Assembly (NCBI GenBank): GCA_963674965.2
Contig: CAXXFL010000003.1
Location: 64,001 to 128,000 of the forward strand
Source: a bacterium
GTDB taxonomy: Bacteria; RBG-13-61-14; DATKZS01
DNA: 64,000 nucleotides
Direction: 5' to 3'
Shown: piece by piece, positions 35,595-48,312 of the stretch
Layout: each line of letters begins with the position of its first letter
How positions within the stretch are numbered: position 1 is the first letter of the stretch
Translations under genes and position numbers: made by a program
The notes under the pieces: model-generated
Told to the model about the DNA's origin: nothing
Database searches by the model: none
The model's input: the letters and a program-made list of their open reading frames with translations, nothing else

Positions 35595-36909
35595 TGTCCG
35601 TCAATATACCCCAGGGCCTCGAACTTGGCCCTGTCTTCCTCGGTCATGGCCCCGATCGAGCCCACGACGGTCTTGTCCTCCCACTCGGAGTACCAGTCGT
35701 CGAGCTTTTCCGACTCCTTGATAAACTCCTCGCCGCGAAGGTCCACCAGGTCCTTTTCCTCTCCGGGGTCGGCGGTGAGGTTGTATTTTTCCCAGCGCTG
35801 GAACCTGACGCTGAACATGATCTTGAGGTCCGCCTTTTTATATCCGACCCATATGGGCTTGGTCAGCATCTTTTCCGCTCCCTCCACCTGAGGCGCGGCG
35901 CCGGGATAGGTCTCGTAAAAAAGGACGTCCACCGGATAGGACGCCTCGCCCCTCAAGGCGGGCGAGAGGTCCCGGCCCAGCATCTTCGGGTCGGCGGCCG
36001 CGCCCGCGAAGGCCAGGGCCGTGGGAGTAAGGTCCAGAAGCTGCACCGGGCCGGGGTCCTCGCTCCCGCGGGAACGCCCGGTCCAGCCACGATGAGCGGC
36101 ACGCGCATGCTCGGCTGGTAAACCTTGCGCCCGTGGCCGGTATAGCCGTGCTCGCCCAGGCTCTCGCCGTGGTCCGAGGTGAAGATCACCAGGGTATTGG
36201 ACGCCAGTTTGGACTTGGCGAAGGCGTCCAGGAAGCGGCCGACGTGATGGTCAGTATAGCCGACCTCGCTGTCGTAGCGCTCGCTATCGGAAAGCTTGCC
36301 CCCGAAATCGAAGTCGTCGTGATACTGGTAGGGGGCGTGGGGGTCCGAGTAATGTATCCAGGCCAAAAAGGGCGGCTTGGGCCCTTTCTCGATCCACTCG
36401 AGAGCCAGGTCGGAAACGGTCTCGGCGTCGCGCTCGGCGTTGAAGAAAAGCCACCGTTTCTCGTGGAAGTCGTCGTCGAAGCTGTCCCACCCCTGTTGCA
36501 GGTTGGACAGGTGCCTTTTAAGGGGCCAGTTGGATATGACCGCGCTGGTCTCGAACCCCTTGGCCTTCAAGATGGTGGCGATGGTGGGAACGCCTTCAAC
36601 CATGGGAATGCCGTTCCTGATCGACCCAATCTGGTGCGGATACCTCGAGGTGAAAAGCGAGGAAAAGCTGGGGTTGGTCAAGGGCACGTTGGTCATGGCG
36701 TCCTCGAAGAGGGTCCCCTTTTTCGAGAAGGCGTCTATATTGGGAGACGTTTTCTTGTCATAGCCATAGCAGGAAAGGCGGTCGGCCCTCAGGGTGTCCA
36801 CCGTGACGAAGAGAATATTCATCGGCCCGGCCGCGTCGCTTTCGCCGCGCGTGCCGCCGATCAAGATCATGGCCAGGGACGCCATGGCCACCAAGACAAG
36901 TTTTTTCAT
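35591..36909 (-). pseudogene. Exported sulfatase-fold hydrolase/transferase split by a single frameshift (real lesion or assembly error)
   Basis: 5' frame: NILFVTVDTLRAD, PLTNPS, HYSDPHAPY, TSDHGESLGEHG, VPLI. 3' frame: VQLLDLTPT..YNLTADPGE..ALGYI. The junction near 36045-36055 reads ACC CCG GCC CGG TGC; one extra C restores ..PAPVQLLD. Confidence 0.85.
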
Positions 36910-37204
36910 GGAAACCCCCCTATCCCAAATCGAGGGTAACACAGGGGCGGCATTAGCTCAACATTGAAAGGTCGGCAATTTTTCCGCTCATTGTTTCCAG
37001 GGGATCATGGCGCCGATTATTTTATCCATCCTGACCGGGCTTATCTCTACTAACCATCTGAAATTGCCGGTAAAACAATTTTAGCTTTAAATCTCCCGCA
37101 GGCCTTACTGGCAATATTGCCACATCGCCGCAAGTAGCCTGATATTCGCTTTTTTTCGCCCCGCGTCTTTAGCTCTAGCTCTCCTTATTTTTGGAAGTTT
37201 TCTC

Positions 37205-37265
37205 TTGTCAATCCGGCCTCGTTCTGGTATATATTCAAGTCCAACCTTACGGCAAAGGTTTGCCG
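37205..37265 (+). promoter_or_regulatory. carB promoter with downstream palindrome
   Basis: TTGTCA-N17-TATATA with TG extension (37205-37233); palindrome CGGCAAA-GG-TTTGCCG (37250-37265). Confidence 0.5.
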
Positions 37266-37326
37266 CACCACCGCGAGCGCGGAAACATCGACATATTACG
37301 ATCCATTAAAATACGGAGGATTCACC

Positions 37327-40527
<3,201 letters not shown>

Positions 40528-40590
40528 TCGTTATTCGGTTGATCTTCCGCCTGGGTCGAAGGAGTTTGGGATTGGTCAGGAAGCCCCCGC

Positions 40591-42669
40591 TTATTTGATA
40601 TATCCCACGGCCCGGATTTTCTTCAAATCCTCGGGGGAGAGGTCTTCCTGATTGACTTGGAGCGCGAGTTTCGACCTGATGGCCTGGTTTTCCTTTTTAA
40701 AAGACTCGAAAATCTCGCGAGGTCCCTTCTCGCCCGGCCAGGGGCATTCTTCCTCGGAGAGGGGACGCCGCTCTTTCCCGTCTTCTTGCGCGTAACAGGT
40801 GAGACTTTGGTTCCGGTGGAAAATCACCTTATTGCCGGCCGAGTCCCCTATGGCGCCGCGCTCGCCTCCACATATGGTGTTTTCCGAAAGCCAGAAGCCG
40901 TTCTCTAAGGCGCCGTCTTCCGTTTTCCCGACCGCCAGGGGCAAAAGGCTCGGGCCGGGGAAAGCCGACTTGATCCTCGCGGCCTCGAGCATGGTGGCGC
41001 CCAGTCTGGCCGCGCCAACCTTCGCGGACACGCGATGGCCGGAAGTCTTGTTACCCGGAAGCTTAAGGACGAGAGGCACGTTAATGACCTCGGAGTGGAA
41101 AGAGTGTCCATGCCCGAAAGAACCGTGGTCCCAAAGCTCCTCGCCGTGGTCCGACGCCAGCGCGACAAGGCAATCCTTATAAATCCCCATGGCCTTCAGC
41201 TTGTCAAGCACTCTTCCCGCCTCGGCGTCCACGAAGCGGACCTCCCCCTCGTACATTTGCCTTACGTATTCCCTGTCCTCATCGGTGAAGTTACCCAAAT
41301 CGCAGGCTATGGAAAACTGCTCGTTCGACCCGGCCAGTTTTTTCGCCAGCTTACTTGCCTTCGCGTTGGCCGGGTATTCTTTATGCGGAAAGAACGGCAA
41401 GTGAGGATCAAGGTAATGGACCCAAAGAAAAAAGGGTCCCTCGGGTTTGCTGTCCATCCATTCGAGCGCGCCTTTGGTTACCCACGCCCCTTCTTTCATC
41501 GCCCCCATATCCAGCTTATAGAAAAAGTAATAAAAGGCCCTCGAAATTAGGAACTTGTTTTTTTTATGAATCGATCCTCCGATCAACTCGTAATAATCGA
41601 AACCTTTTCCATAACCCAGCTTGGGAGACAGGTGCCCGTTATGTACCACGGCGGCGGTAAGGTATCCCTTTTCCTTGAATACCGAGGCCAGGGTCGCGGC
41701 GTCGGGCGGGGGGCCGGAGTAGGCGAAGCTCCCGTCCGGCCTCAGTTCTCCCGCGCCGATGGCCGAGGGAGGAAGGCCGGTAAGGAGAGATGAAACCGAG
41801 GGCGAGGTCCAGGACGCGGGCGCGACGGCGCCGGTGAAATAAATCCCGTCCTTTATCAGGGCGTCCATATGGGGCGTGGGCGGGGCCTTGGCGTTGCCGG
41901 CCGAAAGATAATCGGCCCTTAAAGTGTCAACCGTTATAAGCACCACCGAAGGCAGGTCGGGCGAAGCCGAGCCCGGCTCGTTAAAAGCCCGGCGCTCGAG
42001 GTAATACAAAGAGCCGGAAATAATCGGCACAAAAGCCACCACGGCCACGTGCCCGCGCAGCTTCCATTTGTCCAGAGGTTTTCGCCTCCGTCCCCAAAGG
42101 AACCTGATGGTAAGGTATTGGCCCGCCACCAGCAGAAATAAAATGGCCAGCACGGCCGTCGCCATGAGGGGCCTTGAGCTTATCCTGGCGTCGGCCACCG
42201 AGTAGGCCCCGGCGCAAACCACGGCCATGGGGGTGATGGCCTTGTAGCTGAGATCGGACAGGTTCGCGTCTCCTCTTTTGGCGTAAGTCCAAAGGAACCT
42301 TCCCAGTCCGGCCATGAGGACGGCCAGCAAGATAAGGCTCAGGACCAGCGTCCAGAAGGGCCCGTTCTGGAAGGCGAAGGGCTTAAGCCAGAGGGCGATG
42401 ATCAGGTACAGGAGAAAAAGGGCCGAGAAAAGTGAAGTAAAGGTGGGAGCGGAGTCGGCCCATTGCCTGAAATACCTGAGCGCTCCGGCCAGAATGATAC
42501 TGTAAAGCAGGGCCAGTCCGTATCCGACGGCCGCGGCCAGGGCGAACTCGGCTTCCTTGAATTCCACCCCCGCCAGGTAAAAGCCCAGGGCCTCGATGGC
42601 GGTTAAAGACGCGACGATGGCCAGCGTCTTGCGAAGCTGGGGAAGGAAAAGACCGACGAAGGTTTTCAT
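40591..42669 (-). CDS. Polytopic membrane protein with C-terminal sulfatase-fold domain
   Basis: About 7 hydrophobic helices, then VLITVDTLRAD, SWTSPS, HYLDPHLP, SDHGEELWDHG..GHGH, C-terminal AVGYI. Confidence 0.88.
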   Translation of the reverse strand: MKTFVGLFLPQLRKTLAIVASLTAIEALGFYLAGVEFKEAEFALAAAVGYGLALLYSIILAGALRYFRQWADSAPTFTSLFSALFLLYLIIALWLKPFAFQNGPFWTLVLSLILLAVLMAGLGRFLWTYAKRGDANLSDLSYKAITPMAVVCAGAYSVADARISSRPLMATAVLAILFLLVAGQYLTIRFLWGRRRKPLDKWKLRGHVAVVAFVPIISGSLYYLERRAFNEPGSASPDLPSVVLITVDTLRADYLSAGNAKAPPTPHMDALIKDGIYFTGAVAPASWTSPSVSSLLTGLPPSAIGAGELRPDGSFAYSGPPPDAATLASVFKEKGYLTAAVVHNGHLSPKLGYGKGFDYYELIGGSIHKKNKFLISRAFYYFFYKLDMGAMKEGAWVTKGALEWMDSKPEGPFFLWVHYLDPHLPFFPHKEYPANAKASKLAKKLAGSNEQFSIACDLGNFTDEDREYVRQMYEGEVRFVDAEAGRVLDKLKAMGIYKDCLVALASDHGEELWDHGSFGHGHSFHSEVINVPLVLKLPGNKTSGHRVSAKVGAARLGATMLEAARIKSAFPGPSLLPLAVGKTEDGALENGFWLSENTICGGERGAIGDSAGNKVIFHRNQSLTCYAQEDGKERRPLSEEECPWPGEKGPREIFESFKKENQAIRSKLALQVNQEDLSPEDLKKIRAVGYIK

Positions 42670-42684
42670 GGACGGGGGACCCGG

Positions 42685-43533
42685 CTAGGCCAGAGACACC
42701 ACCATTCCCTCTCTGGCGGCCTCGAGGTTTTTCATTTTCTTTTTGTTGGCGGCCAGCAGTCCGTCAATGTCGGAGTCCGTCATCATGGGGTCGTGATGGA
42801 AAATGTACAGGGCGCCGACCTTGAGGTCCTTCGCCGCCTTGATGGCCTCGGACCAGGTCGAGTGTCCCCAGCCGACCTTCGAGCCGCCCCCCACCTTGCC
42901 GTCGTAAATTTCGTCGGTATAGGCCGCGTCGTAGATGAGCACGTCCGTCCCTTGAATGAGGTTGGCGAGTTTTTTCGGCATGCTTTGCTGATGCTCGTTG
43001 TCCGAGCAGTAGACGATGGACTTGCCCAGGAACTCGGTCCTGTAGGCGATGGCCGACTGGGGATGGTTGAGAGATGCCGTTTTAACGCGGACGTCTCCCT
43101 TTTGGATCACGTCCCCGGGCGCGATGGTATGATATTTTATTTTCGATCCCAGCGCCTCGATTCCGACCGGGAAATAGGGATACTTCATCTGGCCCGAGAG
43201 AACGGACTTGACCTTTTTAGGTCCCCTTGCCTCGCCGTAAATCTCGAAGGAATTGCGCGGGTCGTACAATATTCCGCAAAAGGGCATGCCGCAGATATGG
43301 TCGTAATGGTAATGGGAAAACAGTATGTTGGCCGAAAGCGGCGCCTCGGCGAAAAGGGCCCCTCCCATTGGGCGGGCCCCCGAGCCGAGGTCGATTATAA
43401 AAATTTGATCGTCGCACCTTATCTCGACGCAGGAGGTGTTCCCTCCATATTTGACCCATTGTTTTCCGGGGGTAGCCAAACTTCCTCTTACGCCCCAAAA
43501 TCGAATCCAGAACCTAGAATTGCGCGTTGTCAT
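42685..43533 (-). CDS. MBL-fold metallo-hydrolase (Lactamase_B_2 / phosphodiesterase-like)
   Basis: FWGVRGS..PG..YGGNTSC, SHYHYDHICG (HxHxDH), NHP, WGHSTW, FHHDP. Confidence 0.92.
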   Translation of the reverse strand: MTTRNSRFWIRFWGVRGSLATPGKQWVKYGGNTSCVEIRCDDQIFIIDLGSGARPMGGALFAEAPLSANILFSHYHYDHICGMPFCGILYDPRNSFEIYGEARGPKKVKSVLSGQMKYPYFPVGIEALGSKIKYHTIAPGDVIQKGDVRVKTASLNHPQSAIAYRTEFLGKSIVYCSDNEHQQSMPKKLANLIQGTDVLIYDAAYTDEIYDGKVGGGSKVGWGHSTWSEAIKAAKDLKVGALYIFHHDPMMTDSDIDGLLAANKKKMKNLEAAREGMVVSLA

Positions 43534-43592
43534 TTCATCTCCCCCGTTCGAGCGGTCCGCGTTGAGGATTCCACAAGGGCTTCTCAGCGGGA

Positions 43593-44000
43593 TTATTTAA
43601 GGAAATTGGTTACCAGCCGTTTGGTGCCCACCCTCTGGAACGAGACCACGATTACGTCCTTGCCTCCCTTGGAGACGCTTTTGTCCACGATTTGACCGGT
43701 GTCGTCCCAGCCGGCGTGATATATCCATTCGCCTCGGACGAACCGCTCGCCCAGGCGGTAATGACGCACGACCTTTCTGGGCGTGGTCTCGGGCTGATGT
43801 CCGCCATCCTCGGCGGGGCCGCCGGCTTCGGAGGGGTCGGCGGCGTCTTCCGGGGAGCGAGAGCCTATCTCGATGGGTTTTATTTCCTTGCATTGAGGGC
43901 ACTGGACCCATATAAGCTTGGATTTTCCGTCGTCCTCTTGAACCACGGGCATTTTAAGCTCCACCTTGCAAATGGAGCAATGTTCCCGGACGAATTTCAT
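43593..44000 (-). CDS. Zn-ribbon protein with C-terminal PcrA/UvrD-CTD (Tudor)-like domain
   Basis: CSIC..CPQC; acidic/Pro linker; F.RGEWIYH.GWDDTGQIV..IVVSF..VGTKRLV. Confidence 0.65.
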   Translation of the reverse strand: MKFVREHCSICKVELKMPVVQEDDGKSKLIWVQCPQCKEIKPIEIGSRSPEDAADPSEAGGPAEDGGHQPETTPRKVVRHYRLGERFVRGEWIYHAGWDDTGQIVDKSVSKGGKDVIVVSFQRVGTKRLVTNFLK

Positions 44001-44087
44001 CTTTTGCCGCCGTTTATCACGGGTTAGCCTTTTTCGGCGTGAGACGGGTTGCGAATTTCAAGACCCTCGAAAAAATCAAAACGGGCC

Positions 44088-44339
44088 TTACTCGTCGAGA
44101 ATCTCGAGTATGTAGCGCTTGCCGTCCTTGCCGGAAGCGGCCATCATCAGGGTCCTGATCGCCTGCGCGTGGGCGCCTTTTTTGCCGATTACCTTGCCGA
44201 TGTCCTCCTTGGCGACGCGGAGTTCTATCACGCATGAATAATCGCCGCTGACCTCGGTAACTTTTACTTGTTCGGGATGATCGACCAACTTCTTCGCGAT
44301 CAACTCAACCAGTCCAGCCATGGACTCGCCATCGCTCAT
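44088..44339 (-). CDS. khpA: KH-domain RNA-binding protein, KhpA/YlqC family
   Basis: [41 protein letters not shown] (GxxG); start at 44339 or 44321. Confidence 0.92.
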   Translation of the reverse strand: MSDGESMAGLVELIAKKLVDHPEQVKVTEVSGDYSCVIELRVAKEDIGKVIGKKGAHAQAIRTLMMAASGKDGKRYILEILDE

Positions 44340-44407
44340 AACGCACCCCCCAGCTTCATCATTGATTTGTAAACTCACATAGCGCAACGATTTGTCGTCA
44401 TTGTAAA

Positions 44408-44436
44408 ATTCTATACCAATTGATTTGGCAATGCAA
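44408..44436 (-). promoter_or_regulatory. Sigma-70 promoter for the khpA operon
   Basis: Minus strand TTGCAT-N17-TAGAAT. Confidence 0.6.
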
Positions 44437-44816
44437 CCCCCCGGTTAACACAATTTTAATCTTCCCCGTTCATGGCCCCGCCGGAATGAAAAAACGGACA
44501 TTCACGTTTGCAAAAGGGCCTTATGTTTTCGCAAAGATCGGCAAAGTCCGGCGAGTCGGACGAAAAGGGGGCAGCGCGTGAAAAAATCCTCAGTTACTTA
44601 AAGGTTTATTGGAACAAAGAAATCGAACCGGCAATCCTAATACTCACGCGTCGCGTAGGTTTGATCGGCGGTGAATTGGCGGATAAAATTCATATCTCTT
44701 CCCCCCGCGTCCGCCGTTTGGGGTAAAGTCGCCGGGACAATGGCCGCGATGATCGAGACCGGTTTTTATTTCGGGGGAATGAAGGGTTAAAATATCTCTT
44801 TCCCAAGGGCCGACTC

Positions 44817-45809
44817 ATGCAAGCGCGAAAATGGTTTATTAAATATTCCTGGGCGACCAACCTGGTCCTGATCGCCGCGGTGGCGTATTTGTGGGCCCGG
44901 GCGATCAACGCCAGGGTTTATTCGATGGCGGCGCCGGCCAGGGCCGAGGCGGCCCTCGAGTTTTCGCCGCCGAAGGCGCATGGCGAGGAATACTCGCCCT
45001 CCGTCGGGTCCATAGTAAAGAGGGACCTTTTCCAGGCCGCGTCCGAGCAGGCGGAGGGCCAGGCGGGCGTCTCCGAGGGGGACACGGCCGAGATCAAGGC
45101 CACGAGCCTTCGCCTCAAGCTGACGGGCATCGTTTACTGGGGCGAAAAGGCCGAGGGAAATTTCGCCACCATCAACGACCTGAGCGAGCAGGCCGTGGGC
45201 CTTTATCGGGCCGGGGACGAGGTGACCGACGGGGCCAGGCTCGAGGAAGTGAAGATGGACCGGGTGCTCCTGGCCCGGGCCGGCGGGGATCTCGAGGAAC
45301 TACTCCTTGACGACCCGGAGGGAAAAGGGCCCCAGGTCAAGGGCTACAGGGCCGGGCTCGAGAGGCAGTCCCGGGAGGACCGGATCGAGAGGATCAGGAA
45401 AAGACGGGAAAGACAAGAGGAACGAGAGGAAAAGAACAGGGAGGGACTGGAGGACAAGATAGACCAGCTCAGCGAGACCGAGTTCGTAATCAGGAGGGAG
45501 GCCATGGAGAACGCCATGAAGGACGGCATGAACTCCCTCATGACCCAGGCGAGGGTCATACCCAACTTCGCCGGCTCGGGCGATGACAGGGCCGTCGACG
45601 GGTTCAGGATTTACGGCATCAAGCCCGACAGCGTCTATCAGTATCTTGGCCTTCTCAACGGAGACGTGATAAAGTCCATAAACGGCCAGACCATGGACGA
45701 CCTTGAAAAAGCATTGTCGCTCATGAGCGGCTTGAAAACGCAAACCAGTTTCACGGTGGAAATCGAGCGAAAAAGGCGGCCCCTGGAAATGCACTATGAA
45801 GTGGAATAG
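44817..45809 (+). CDS. gspC: Type II secretion protein GspC with PDZ domain
   Basis: N-terminal TM; HR domain LKLTGIV..A.I..YRAGD..L.EV..DRV.L; PDZ GFRIYGIKP.S..LGL.NGDVI.SING; first gene of the gsp cluster. Confidence 0.88.
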   Translation: MQARKWFIKYSWATNLVLIAAVAYLWARAINARVYSMAAPARAEAALEFSPPKAHGEEYSPSVGSIVKRDLFQAASEQAEGQAGVSEGDTAEIKATSLRLKLTGIVYWGEKAEGNFATINDLSEQAVGLYRAGDEVTDGARLEEVKMDRVLLARAGGDLEELLLDDPEGKGPQVKGYRAGLERQSREDRIERIRKRRERQEEREEKNREGLEDKIDQLSETEFVIRREAMENAMKDGMNSLMTQARVIPNFAGSGDDRAVDGFRIYGIKPDSVYQYLGLLNGDVIKSINGQTMDDLEKALSLMSGLKTQTSFTVEIERKRRPLEMHYEVE

Positions 45810-45842
45810 CTCGGCGCGGGCTCGATGCATGGGGAGTAAAAG

Positions 45843-48308
45843 GTGAGAAACAAGTTTTATCTGGCGGCGATACTTGCGCTGGCGACTTTCGTCGTCTCGG
45901 TCGCCGAGAAAAAGGCCGAGGCCCAGGTCCGTCCCGTCAGGGGCAGGGCCGCCGAGATGGCCAGGGAAAAGGAAGCCGACGAGGAAAAGTCCATCCGGGC
46001 GGAGGGCGACACCATCAAGATCGCCTTTCCCGAGATGCAGCTCGAGGACGTGCTCAAGAACTTCAGCGAGATCACGCAAAAGAGCTTCATCCTCGACCAA
46101 CTGCCCAAGGGCCAGGTCCAGACCATCGGTCCCATCGGGCCGGTCGAAATACCAAAGGACCAGGCATACAACCTCTTCGTCCTGATCATGGGACTTAACG
46201 GCTACGACGTGGTTTCCACCTCGATCCCCGGGGTGTACAAGGTGGTGAGGAAGGCCGAGATCATGACCAGCCTGCCCAAGGACAGGATATATCCGCCCGG
46301 CGCGAGGCCTGAGATTTCCGAGTCCATGGTCATGAGGTTCATACCCATCGAGCACGTCAACGCCCAGGACATAGTCAACCAGGTTTCCCAGCTCGCCTCC
46401 AAGGACGGAGGACAGGTGATAGCCTATCCCGCCACCAACAACCTGATCATCCTCGACACCGCGGCCAACATCGACCGCATGCTCAAGGTGATCAGACTCC
46501 TCGACGTTCCCTCCGAGGAACCCGAGGTCGAGATAGTACAACTCCGGCACGCGACGCCCCAGGAGGTCTCGGGAGTGTTGAGCCAGATTTTCCAGAGTTC
46601 CGACTCCGGCTCCCCCGCCAGGACCGCCACCACCAAGACGGCGCCAACCACGAGAAGGTCGAGAAGAGATCGGGACCCCGCGCCGGCCCAGGCCGCCACC
46701 TCGGTGGTGAACACCACCAGCGCCGGAGGTGACGTGAAAATTATTCCCGTCGAGCGCACCAACAGCCTCGTCATCATCGGGAACCGCGACGTGATCGAGT
46801 CGGTCAAGGAGTTCATCGCCAAGCTCGACGTGGACGTGGGGACCACCGGCACCATCCACGTTTATTACCTTCAGAACGCCGAGGCCTCCGAGCTTTCCAG
46901 CACCCTGCAGGGACTGGCGGGGGGAAGCCGGAGGACCACGACCGCCGCGACCTCCTCCACCCGGTCCACCCGGTCGATGAGGGCGGACGGCGAATCCGAG
47001 GCCGCCCAGGCCCTTGCCTCGAGAAGGACTTCATCGAGCAGGACAACGCCCACGTCCTCCGGCTCGAGCGGCGGCACCATCTCGGGCATACTGTCCAGCG
47101 ACATCACCATCACCTCGGACGAGCCGACCAACGCCCTCATCATCGTGGCCACGCCGCAGGACTATGAAATCCTCAAAAGGGTGATCGAGAAGCTCGACGT
47201 GCCCAGGCGCCAGGTGTTCGTCGAGGCCGTGCTGCTCGAGGTGACCTATAACGAAAGCAACGCCGGAGGCGTTTCCATGCACGGCGGGTCGCCCGTGGGA
47301 GGCGAGAGCTTCATGATCGCCGGCACCGGCTTTTCCGACGTCAGCTCCCTTTCCGTTCTCGGGCAACTCAGCAGCTCGGGCGGAAGCGTGGCCCTGCCCA
47401 GCGGGATCACCATGGGGGCCCTGGCCTCCCCCGTCGAGATACCGGGCTACGACGGCGTCTACGTGCCCTCCGCCGGCGTGGTGGTAAGGGCCCTGTCCAC
47501 CAACTCGAACGTCAACGTGCTCTCGACTCCCACCCTTCTCACCACCGACAACGAGGAGGCCACCATCGAGGTGGGACAGAAAATTCCCGTGCCCACGGGC
47601 CAGACCGTTTCCACCGGCGGCTTCTCCAACGTCAGCATCAGCCGGGAGTCGGTGGGCATCAAGCTTCGGCTCACGCCCCAGATCAACGACGGCGACAACA
47701 TCGCCATGGAGATATCCACCGAGATTTCGGGGGCCGTGCAGTCGGGCCTGGGCATCGACGTCAACACCCTGGGCGTGACCACCTCGATCAAGAGCGCCGA
47801 GACCAAGGTCATCGTCAAGGACTCCCAGACCATCGTCATCGGCGGCCTGATGGAGGACAGGGAGGACGAGAGCGAGAGCAGGGTGCCCTTTTTGGGCGAC
47901 ATACCCGTGCTCGGATGGCTGTTCAAGTCGGCCTCCCAGAGCAAGTCCAAGACCAACCTCATCATACTCGTCACTCCTCATATAGTGAGGAGCGAAAGCG
48001 ACGCCATGAGGGTCAAGGACCACATCGAGGAAGGATACAAGGGCATCGTCGAGGACGAGCTGGGAGACGACGAGAGGGACTGGGACAAGTACTTCCGCTC
48101 CCAGATGATACCCGACGCGAAAGTCGAGGTACTCGAGCCGGCCCCCTCTCCCGCGCCGGCGCCGAGAAACGAGGGCTCTTCCCTGGACTGGAACTGGACC
48201 CCCGCGGACGTCGAGACCGAGGACGACTCCCAGGTCATGCGCTACAGGAGCCAGCCGTCTCGCTCGGCCACCACCAGGGAGACGGACGAGTCGGCCAAGC
48301 CGGAGTGA
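45843..48308 (+). CDS. gspD: Type II secretion secretin GspD
   Basis: Signal peptide; N domains (TNNLII, RTNSL, PTNALII); LD.PRRQVFVEA, VLSTP..T.DNEEA.I.VG, VGIKL..TPQI, VP.LGDIP.LGWLF, KTNL. Confidence 0.96.
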   Translation: MRNKFYLAAILALATFVVSVAEKKAEAQVRPVRGRAAEMAREKEADEEKSIRAEGDTIKIAFPEMQLEDVLKNFSEITQKSFILDQLPKGQVQTIGPIGPVEIPKDQAYNLFVLIMGLNGYDVVSTSIPGVYKVVRKAEIMTSLPKDRIYPPGARPEISESMVMRFIPIEHVNAQDIVNQVSQLASKDGGQVIAYPATNNLIILDTAANIDRMLKVIRLLDVPSEEPEVEIVQLRHATPQEVSGVLSQIFQSSDSGSPARTATTKTAPTTRRSRRDRDPAPAQAATSVVNTTSAGGDVKIIPVERTNSLVIIGNRDVIESVKEFIAKLDVDVGTTGTIHVYYLQNAEASELSSTLQGLAGGSRRTTTAATSSTRSTRSMRADGESEAAQALASRRTSSSRTTPTSSGSSGGTISGILSSDITITSDEPTNALIIVATPQDYEILKRVIEKLDVPRRQVFVEAVLLEVTYNESNAGGVSMHGGSPVGGESFMIAGTGFSDVSSLSVLGQLSSSGGSVALPSGITMGALASPVEIPGYDGVYVPSAGVVVRALSTNSNVNVLSTPTLLTTDNEEATIEVGQKIPVPTGQTVSTGGFSNVSISRESVGIKLRLTPQINDGDNIAMEISTEISGAVQSGLGIDVNTLGVTTSIKSAETKVIVKDSQTIVIGGLMEDREDESESRVPFLGDIPVLGWLFKSASQSKSKTNLIILVTPHIVRSESDAMRVKDHIEEGYKGIVEDELGDDERDWDKYFRSQMIPDAKVEVLEPAPSPAPAPRNEGSSLDWNWTPADVETEDDSQVMRYRSQPSRSATTRETDESAKPE

Positions 48309-48312
48309 GCTC

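Noticed and set aside
37245..37300. GGCAAA upstream of carB as a c-di-GMP-I riboswitch
   Set aside because: No following GNRA-capped P2 stem or GACGCAAA segment; better explained as a simple palindrome
44508..44726. 72-aa ORF upstream of gspC
   Set aside because: TTG start without SD, no recognisable motif, lies in a divergent promoter region
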